Part shown: positions 56,892 through 64,000 of the stretch, in pieces
How positions within the stretch are numbered: the stretch's first letter is position 1
Layout: the number at the start of each line of letters is the position of its first letter
DNA from: Candidatus Omnitrophota bacterium
GTDB lineage: Bacteria; Omnitrophota; Gorgyraeia; Gorgyraeales; Gorgyraeaceae
NCBI GenBank assembly: GCA_030649895.1
Contig: JAUSEX010000052.1
Span: 16,988-80,987 of the forward strand
Reading direction: 5' to 3'
DNA length: 64,000 nt
Program-made: the position numbers and the translations under genes
The notes under the pieces: model-generated
Told to the model about the DNA's origin: nothing
What the model saw: the letters and a program-made list of their open reading frames with translations, nothing else
The model's database searches: none

Positions 56892-58550
56892 TTATCCGCC
56901 TTTCAATAAAAATTTCTTCATCATATCCAAAACCCTCTGATGCGCCTTCCCATCCAATTTATAGAAAGTGGCTTCTATTAAATCCGGCCATTTTTCTTTA
57001 AACCTCCTGAATGCCTCTGGGTGATAAAAAATCATATCTATCGCAGAGTTTAATTCATCGGCATTATAAACTACAGGTCCTGCTTCGATTTCAAAAAATG
57101 TGCTCATGTTAACCGCAACTCCAGTATCAATGCAAATAGACGGGCAGTTCAATGCGATCGCCTCGTCTGCAGTCGTAGAATATGAAGTTACTAGAACATC
57201 CGAACTCAAGATTAACTGGTGGACATCGCCGTTCACAATGCTATAATTCTGAAAACCATATTCAAGAAGTATCGGCTCCAGGGGGCAATTAGAATGGGCC
57301 TTAAAAATAAAAAAGCTGTCGTTTCTGGCTTTAGCCGCCGCAGAAACTATCCTGACTATTTCTATGGTATCTTCTTCTGAATAAGTCGTGGCGACAAGTA
57401 TAATTTTTTTATCCAAAGGGAGTTTTAACTTTATTTCTTCCTTCTTTGCCACGGACAAACTATCAAAGCGCGGGGAACCTGTCAAAAAACACCTCTCTTC
57501 GGGATAGCCGCTTTTAACCAGCAAATCCCTCCCCATCCTTCCCTGGAATACAAAATAATCTGGTATTGGCATGCTGTTTATATAATCATCGCCCTGAAGC
57601 AGTTCTGCCGGATGATAAATATACCAAAGCTTCATAGGAGTAACATTGGCATGCTGATAAGCAATGCTTTTAGCCATGGGATTTCCCCTTTTTAGGCCAT
57701 AATAAATAGCTCGGGACGCAGGATACATCTCCAGAAAAGTTACAATGGCTTTAATTTCATATCTCTTAGCTAATCTTTCAATTGCTTTTGAAAGCAGGAT
57801 ACATTCGCTTATACCAGGCCCTATAAAAGACTGCCTTAACTCGCGCCTAAACAAACCAAATACATTCGTATCTTCAAAACTAAAGCTTTCTTTAAATCCG
57901 CGCCTCGCCTCTATAAAAATATATCTTAAAACATGCCTTATATCAAAAGCCCCAAGGATGTCCTTTATGGTCAAATATCTTTCATAGAAAATAATCCTTT
58001 TATCTTTGAGCTTTCCAATCTCTTTTATCAACTGATAGGCAGAGTTACAATAAAAAGAAATATATTTTGTCTTAAACCCCAACTGGTTTTCTATCTTTTC
58101 GGGTAAGTCCAGATAGTATCTATCGCACAAACGGCCATCTTTATATTTAAGCGTATTGGAATATATGGAAACGAACAATACATATTCATTCCACTGCTTA
58201 TCGGCATCCTCTCTCCTGATAAACAGCCTAAAAACCAGCATTTTCAAAAATATAGATGCCAAAAACCTCACCTTTAATAAAAAGTAATATAAAACATACC
58301 CTTTATAAGAACCATCGCCTGTCCTTGCTGTTATTCCTGCTTTCGAACAATACAGATTTTTAAAAACATCGCTGCTCTCAGAATCCTTTTTCTGCATCTC
58401 GCTTAACCACCAATAAGAAAGGTCATTGTTCAAAACAAACAATTCCCTGAAATTTCTGCCGTTGTATTTAAATCTACCTGACCAGTCAGATATAAAATTT
58501 ATGTATCTTTCCCTGGTTTTTAAAATTATTCCTCTGTCGCGCATTAACAC
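56892..58550 (-). CDS. Surface-carbohydrate biosynthesis protein (GT-B-like C-terminus)
   Basis: YQHA, PDY, TGSPRFD, FKAHS, STTADEA; cluster context. Confidence 0.6.
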   Translation of the reverse strand: MLMRDRGIILKTRERYINFISDWSGRFKYNGRNFRELFVLNNDLSYWWLSEMQKKDSESSDVFKNLYCSKAGITARTGDGSYKGYVLYYFLLKVRFLASIFLKMLVFRLFIRREDADKQWNEYVLFVSIYSNTLKYKDGRLCDRYYLDLPEKIENQLGFKTKYISFYCNSAYQLIKEIGKLKDKRIIFYERYLTIKDILGAFDIRHVLRYIFIEARRGFKESFSFEDTNVFGLFRRELRQSFIGPGISECILLSKAIERLAKRYEIKAIVTFLEMYPASRAIYYGLKRGNPMAKSIAYQHANVTPMKLWYIYHPAELLQGDDYINSMPIPDYFVFQGRMGRDLLVKSGYPEERCFLTGSPRFDSLSVAKKEEIKLKLPLDKKIILVATTYSEEDTIEIVRIVSAAAKARNDSFFIFKAHSNCPLEPILLEYGFQNYSIVNGDVHQLILSSDVLVTSYSTTADEAIALNCPSICIDTGVAVNMSTFFEIEAGPVVYNADELNSAIDMIFYHPEAFRRFKEKWPDLIEATFYKLDGKAHQRVLDMMKKFLLKGG

Positions 58551-58556
58551 ACCTAG

Positions 58557-59408
58557 CTAGGTTTTCCCCTTCAATAACCCCTTCCAATCCATATATCTAG
58601 ACGACCAACGGTTATTCCTTTTAAGGATAAAACCATAAAAACCTTCATAGTCAAATCTCTTCCAGATAGGTTTTGTTATTCTAAAAAAACTTCTTTTCGG
58701 ATATTGCAGATAAATCTTTTCTTCCACAATACTCCATCCGCTATGTTTCAGAATCAGTCTCCAATCCTCCGGGCTGAATTCAAAGATATGCGTATTTTCA
58801 GCGCATACATCTTCCTGGCGGTCTTCTCTAATATGATGCAAGCCAACGCGGCTGGTTTTTAGATATGGGACAGTAACTATTAAATATTCCGCGCCTGTTT
58901 TCAATGACAGCTGATACAGAAAGCTGCAGGGGTCCATTAAATGCTCGAGTGTTTCAAAGCACATGATTATATCAGCCTTTACGCTATACTCATCCAGATC
59001 CTCTATCCTCGCATTAATAGCATCCAGCCCTTTTGCCTTTATCCTTTCGACTGCTTTTGCGTCCAGATTAACACTAAGACATTTTATATCCTTATTCTGC
59101 GCGTTAAGCCCGATAATATACTGCAGATGCGTCCCGCTGGAATCGCCTAAATCAACAATGGTGCAGGCCTGAAATTTTTCTACAATCCTGTTGAAAAGCG
59201 CTATTTGAAACGCGTGCATATTCCGAACCTTGGCCCGCATATATGCGCTATTAAGTTTAAATGTTGAATACTGGCCGCTTATATCAGGCACAACATCCTC
59301 AAGCCTGACCACTAGTTTATCTAAGCCCTGTTCCCTAGCAGCCTTTTTGAGTGAATTCACTAATATAAAAAAGAAAAACTTTCTAAAATAAGCCTTGATC
59401 CGTTTCAT
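58557..59408 (-). CDS. Methyltransferase-domain protein
   Basis: VDLGDSSG, FETLEHL.DP. Confidence 0.7.
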   Translation of the reverse strand: MKRIKAYFRKFFFFILVNSLKKAAREQGLDKLVVRLEDVVPDISGQYSTFKLNSAYMRAKVRNMHAFQIALFNRIVEKFQACTIVDLGDSSGTHLQYIIGLNAQNKDIKCLSVNLDAKAVERIKAKGLDAINARIEDLDEYSVKADIIMCFETLEHLMDPCSFLYQLSLKTGAEYLIVTVPYLKTSRVGLHHIREDRQEDVCAENTHIFEFSPEDWRLILKHSGWSIVEEKIYLQYPKRSFFRITKPIWKRFDYEGFYGFILKRNNRWSSRYMDWKGLLKGKT

Positions 59409-60145
59409 TCTCCACCTGAAATTGTTATTATTTCATTTGTTATGAAATTATTCTTGTCTCCACCCAAATGATAGGCCATGTCAGCTATATCTTCAGGCAC
59501 ACCCATCTTTTTTAAAGGTATCATTGCAATGCGTTTTTTCATATCTTTTGGAAATTTTTTATGAAAACTGGTTTTGATTACGCCCGGCCTAATCGTATTA
59601 ACCAGTATATTGTATCTAGCACCTTCTCTGGCAAGATTCTTTGTTAAACCCTCAAGCGCAAGTTTAGAGCTCGCATAATGCATAGAATTGCATGAGCCGC
59701 CATACTTGGCAGAGATAGAGCTTATGCTGACAATCCTTCCAAAGTATTTTTCTTTCATGCGGTCAAATATATTTATAGCTATTAACATGGGGGCAAATAC
59801 ATTTACCATAAACGTATTCTCAATATCAGAGATTGTCAATTTACTAAAATGCCTGCTCGCTGTATAGGTTCCGGCGTTATTGACAAGAGTATCTATATCA
59901 ATTTTCTTAATCCTTTCTATAAAATTCATTAACTGAGCTCTCGATAAAAAATCTGCCTTGAGCAGATGACAGCTGATATTATATTTTTTCAGCGCTTGCT
60001 TTAACCGATTGGCTTTTTCTTCCGAAGAAAAATAATGGCATACTATATCCCATCCCTCTCTTGCGAATCGCAACGCTATCTCCCTGCCTATATCGCTTGT
60101 TGCTCCTGTTATTAAAACAGTTCTGTACGAATGTCTTCTGCTCAT
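59405..60145 (-). CDS. Short-chain dehydrogenase/reductase
   Basis: TGATSDIG, NNAG, YASSK, PGVIKT. Confidence 0.9.
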   Translation of the reverse strand: MSRRHSYRTVLITGATSDIGREIALRFAREGWDIVCHYFSSEEKANRLKQALKKYNISCHLLKADFLSRAQLMNFIERIKKIDIDTLVNNAGTYTASRHFSKLTISDIENTFMVNVFAPMLIAINIFDRMKEKYFGRIVSISSISAKYGGSCNSMHYASSKLALEGLTKNLAREGARYNILVNTIRPGVIKTSFHKKFPKDMKKRIAMIPLKKMGVPEDIADMAYHLGGDKNNFITNEIITISGGE

Positions 60146-60157
60146 TATATTGCTCCT

Positions 60158-60898
60158 TTATTTTTTTTCAACAGCACCTTGTTCTCTTATCCAATATTCA
60201 ACCTGGCCAATCTGCCATTTAAAATCCACATCCAAACCTCCCCATTGTTTGAGCGGATATATCCTGCGGCCCATCCATCTCTGAGGCAGCAGTCCTTCTT
60301 TTATATTTTCCAAGCATTTGGGGCGAACTACGGAAACTCCCATATCTGCAAACCAAACATCTCCCTGGGAATCCCTGTCGCAATTTAATCTTTTCAGATC
60401 CCCAAATATCTCAAATGGAATAAAAGGCTCCAAAAGTCCATCCTTGTTAATTCTTCTCGCCCGTAATGGACTCCACATATTGTATCCTGATACGCTAACC
60501 GCAGAATCATAATCAGGATTCTCCCTTAATATCTTTATGCCTGCTGAAATTGTTTGCGATGTAATTGTAGCTGCATTACACATAAGTAAAATAACCAGCT
60601 CTATCTCCTGTTTTTTAACTCTATTTTTTATATAATTATACACATAGATATAAACATCCTCTCCGAGAGCTTCGTCAGTGCGTAACTCAGGTGGCCGCTG
60701 GATGACCTCTATGTTGTTTTCTTTTGCAATCCTCATAAGCTCTTCGTCATCCGTAGAAATATACCTCCTATCAATCTCAGGGCAATTATTAGCTGCTTTC
60801 ATTGGATAATAAGCAAGCGGCTTGCCTAATATCTTATAGATATTCTTCCCTGGAAATCCTTTACTCTCTTTTCTGCCAATTAATATAGCGATAATCAT
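60158..60898 (-). CDS. Cytidylyltransferase (NeuA/KdsB-like family)
   Basis: GRKESKGFPGKN, STDD, RPPEL, DVD. Confidence 0.85.
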   Translation of the reverse strand: MIIAILIGRKESKGFPGKNIYKILGKPLAYYPMKAANNCPEIDRRYISTDDEELMRIAKENNIEVIQRPPELRTDEALGEDVYIYVYNYIKNRVKKQEIELVILLMCNAATITSQTISAGIKILRENPDYDSAVSVSGYNMWSPLRARRINKDGLLEPFIPFEIFGDLKRLNCDRDSQGDVWFADMGVSVVRPKCLENIKEGLLPQRWMGRRIYPLKQWGGLDVDFKWQIGQVEYWIREQGAVEKK

Positions 60899-61896
60899 GT
60901 TTTTCTTTCCCTTCCCATCAGTTTAAGTATCTCGCTATCCCTGAGATAACAGCCGTCACACGCAAGCACATCATCTGCTCTGCCATCTCTATGGGAATTT
61001 CTTATCTCACTCAATTTTTTTGAACGCCATGCTTTTTTAATAGAACCCTTCATAACATTCCCAAGCATAAGCAATCCATCATCATCATGATTGCAGGGTA
61101 ATATTGTCCCATCCCACCAAACAGCCATTCGCTGCCATATCTGTGAACATGCCCATGGATACCTGACTCCCATCTTTTTATCTTTCATATCCTTATAATC
61201 AAGAAAACCCACTTCATCAGCGCGCTTTGACCAGAATTTCTTGTAGCTATCAAAGGACGCTTCTATGTCTGGAAGCATTACAGTCTGGACTCTTATCTTT
61301 GGATGCTTCACACCATACCTCCTCTTCAATGTCTGCATATTCTCAATATTTGACACCACCTTCTCAAACCCTGAACCGACTCTATATCTCTCATAAATTT
61401 CCTTTGTATGCCCTTCAAAGGAAATTGAAATCCTATCAAGCCCTGTATCAATCAGTTTTTTGGAAATCTCCTCGCTAAGAAGGGCTGCATTGGTATTGAA
61501 ATAGACATCTATAAGCCCCTTTTTTTTAGCATATTCCACAAATCTATGTATCTCGGGATGTAAAAGAGGTTCCCCTCTTAAGCTAAATTTTACCCCGTAC
61601 AAATTATTATCTGCGCCTTCATCAATTATCTTTTTTGCAGTATCTAACTGCATAAATCCCTTTTTTATCTGCGACCCTCTGAATGTAGTAGCGCAAAAAG
61701 AACAGCTTAAATTACAAACGCTGGTTGTCTCAATATCTATGAACAAAGGGAAATCTCCCGTGCAGAACTTTTCAGGCCATTCTTTCCATTTTTCCCTGTA
61801 TTCACTAAACAATACATTATTGCTGCTCAACAGATCTTTTCCGGAAATGCGATGGTAGTTTGAATTAGAATTTACTATTATTTTCTTCATCATCAA
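60895..61896 (-). CDS. Radical SAM/SPASM protein
   Basis: CNLSCSFC, GEPLLHP, C..W..DG..PC..CDGC. Confidence 0.9.
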   Translation of the reverse strand: MMMKKIIVNSNSNYHRISGKDLLSSNNVLFSEYREKWKEWPEKFCTGDFPLFIDIETTSVCNLSCSFCATTFRGSQIKKGFMQLDTAKKIIDEGADNNLYGVKFSLRGEPLLHPEIHRFVEYAKKKGLIDVYFNTNAALLSEEISKKLIDTGLDRISISFEGHTKEIYERYRVGSGFEKVVSNIENMQTLKRRYGVKHPKIRVQTVMLPDIEASFDSYKKFWSKRADEVGFLDYKDMKDKKMGVRYPWACSQIWQRMAVWWDGTILPCNHDDDGLLMLGNVMKGSIKKAWRSKKLSEIRNSHRDGRADDVLACDGCYLRDSEILKLMGRERKT

Positions 61897-61977
61897 AAAC
61901 CTTCTATCGTTTAACAGCTATAAAATTTGGCTTCTTATTTAACTGAATCATTCTGCTTTACCTGGTTTCCCATATCT

Positions 61978-63513
61978 TTATCTCTTCAACAGGCCTAAAA
62001 TATTTGTTACCTGTTTTCTTTCCAAGCCGCAAATGTTAGGATATATATATATAATAAACGCAACTGTCAATATATAGAATGTCAAGCAAAATGGTACGTA
62101 AAATAATGGATTAAAAGGGATATTCAAGATATTCGAAAGAATACCAGCCCCATTTTTGATTGCAAAAGATGCTGTCAACAAAAGGCCTATGCTTGCAAAC
62201 TGGTATAGAAAATTAAATTTCCATTTCCATACCTTGCATATAAAATAACCATATATATTAACACCTATGATTTGAAAAATTACCATTTTCAAGGCCAGGC
62301 CTATTGAACCTGACGATAAACCAGGTATTGCTGAAGAGCGGGGCGCCAGAACAAAATAACTTACAAATATACTGACCATCATCAAGATAATCCCAATCCT
62401 GGAATAAAGCTTATTTTGCGCCGTAGCCAGAAGATAGGATACATTAATCTGGCCTAATGACTGATGTATGGGGTATAAAAACATTATTGCCAGACAAAAC
62501 CATCCTGCCACATATTCTCCCCCAAGTAAAAGAACTAATATTTCCCTGCTAAAAGGGATTAAGAAACAAGCCCCCGCTGCGCCAACAAAACATAATCCCC
62601 GTGATATCTTCGAGTATAAATAATAAAGGCGCTCTTTATTCCCTAATTCATTTGCCTCTGCTACCTCTTTCCAGAATACCTTTAATATGGACGTAGTGCC
62701 GATTAAACAAATAGCGCTGAAGCGTAAACCGATCGAAAAATAACCCTGCTGAACTGCTCCTCCAAATTTCTGTAAAAACCAAACATCTGCAAATGAATAT
62801 AAAAAACTAACAACGCCATACATCACGAGAGGAGCGCAGTAAATTTTGAATTCATTAATGGCCTCTGTTAAATTAATGCTCTCCTCTGTCATCAAGTTAT
62901 CTCTCAACCTTCTCGATAACATAAAAGATGACAAAAGATAGGTAAAAATAATTATTATAAACAGATTAGGAATAGTAAGGCGATGCAAAAAAGCCATAGT
63001 AATAACTATACATAAATATAAAACCGCTATAACTATCTGATGGATTTGAACAATTACAGTGTGGCGAATAGATTCTCCCGCATGTACAACCGTCTCCCAC
63101 AGTTTATTCATACTAAAACTTGCCGCAAAAGCTAAGGCAATCATGTTTTTTGAATGGCCTAACCAGACATTATTCCGCCATGTATCCGGAAAGATAAAGA
63201 TAATAAGCGTCATAGCTATTATAAATTCTATCCCTATCCATAAAAGATAATAAAAATAAAACTTTAAACCGCGTCTTCTTTGTGAAAGGAACGTATAAAA
63301 TGCCTCAGACATCCCCATATCAAGAAGAGTTATGATAGAGGCAAAACTGCCTAAAAGAAAACTATAATTTCCATACTCCTTGACTCCCAGTGTCCTAGCT
63401 ATAATAACCCCTGCAATAAATCCCAATCCTATCTTTACAATATTTGCAAACAAGGTGGTAAAAAACCGGATCTTAGTACCTTGATTGTTAACAAATAATT
63501 TTAGATTAATCAT
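61978..63513 (-). CDS. Wzx-type flippase
   Basis: Many TM segments; IARTLGVKEYG; cluster context. Confidence 0.85.
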   Translation of the reverse strand: MINLKLFVNNQGTKIRFFTTLFANIVKIGLGFIAGVIIARTLGVKEYGNYSFLLGSFASIITLLDMGMSEAFYTFLSQRRRGLKFYFYYLLWIGIEFIIAMTLIIFIFPDTWRNNVWLGHSKNMIALAFAASFSMNKLWETVVHAGESIRHTVIVQIHQIVIAVLYLCIVITMAFLHRLTIPNLFIIIIFTYLLSSFMLSRRLRDNLMTEESINLTEAINEFKIYCAPLVMYGVVSFLYSFADVWFLQKFGGAVQQGYFSIGLRFSAICLIGTTSILKVFWKEVAEANELGNKERLYYLYSKISRGLCFVGAAGACFLIPFSREILVLLLGGEYVAGWFCLAIMFLYPIHQSLGQINVSYLLATAQNKLYSRIGIILMMVSIFVSYFVLAPRSSAIPGLSSGSIGLALKMVIFQIIGVNIYGYFICKVWKWKFNFLYQFASIGLLLTASFAIKNGAGILSNILNIPFNPLFYVPFCLTFYILTVAFIIYIYPNICGLERKQVTNILGLLKR

Positions 63514-63544
63514 TTCACCACCAAAACAAAAATTACCTAAACAC

Positions 63545-64000
63545 TTATTTTTCTAGATACGGTTCTATGTGTTCTCCAAAAAACTTGATCATGGAACGCA
63601 AACGAATAGTCATTCTTCTTTTTTGCATCTTGGTATTATCCAGATATTTATTAATTGGATTTGAATCTCTGATTATATGGACAAATTCATCAATGCTGTC
63701 TAATTTTATCTTTCTGTCCAATTTTAAAAACTTAAGCCCTTTATAAAAATGCGGCAAAACCATCCCTGCCATAAATCCATAAGTTTCTCTTTTTAATATC
63801 TCTATTGGAGAAAGATAAGCAAGATTTGGTTCAATAGGATACAATAGCCTCAAAAACCTATAGAAATTAGCAGGAGTTAATGTGGTCGCGGGATAGCCAT
63901 GCGTCGTATCAAAATCTCTTAATTTCTTATCCATTATCCTTGCGTATAAACGTCTCTGGATACTGTGAAACCCTTTAAGTGTGTATGGTGTCTCCAGCAT
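63545..64000 (-). CDS. C-terminal part of an unassigned protein (starts beyond window)
   Basis: Frame open to the window edge, co-oriented with the cluster. Confidence 0.55.
   Translation of the reverse strand: MLETPYTLKGFHSIQRRLYARIMDKKLRDFDTTHGYPATTLTPANFYRFLRLLYPIEPNLAYLSPIEILKRETYGFMAGMVLPHFYKGLKFLKLDRKIKLDSIDEFVHIIRDSNPINKYLDNTKMQKRRMTIRLRSMIKFFGEHIEPYLEK

Noticed and set aside
178-63250. Plus-strand ORFs in the ORF track
   Set aside because: Almost all are antisense shadows of well-supported minus-strand genes or remnants, with no recognisable motifs.

Overview
Bacterial, AT-rich window in which every credible gene lies on the minus strand. From about 27.4 kb to 64 kb it is an ordinary large surface-polysaccharide cluster: Wzx, GT2/GT4/GT-C transferases, AsnB-type amidotransferase, four deacetylases, methyl/acetyl/formyl transferases, radical SAM enzymes, and an RfbF/RfbG/RfbH plus ThDP-enzyme branched-sugar pathway. 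The cluster resumes at the left edge (GT4, epimerase). Between about 2.3 and 27.4 kb it is interrupted by a ~25-kb mosaic array. Intact cargo there (4 AbiEii-type systems, 4 AAA_14/DUF4143 ATPases, a PemK/MazF pair, 2 Bro-N genes, a C1A peptidase, a DUF5678/aspartic protease pair) alternates with decayed copies of one scaffold: asnB stub, PLD-wHTH gene, a 38-bp ECF-promoter-like motif (7 copies) and Bro-N pieces. No integrase, transposase or CRISPR array is visible. The strongest unexplained signals are: (i) palindromes at the equivalent position inside Bro-N genes that survive a change of reading frame, with similar ones in RhuM-like and DUF1016 genes, and that are retained as orphan fragments; (ii) several families of palindromic micro-elements inserted in frame into enzymes; (iii) cassette junctions at TTGAC -35 boxes. 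All calls were made by eye from motifs; no database searches were run.
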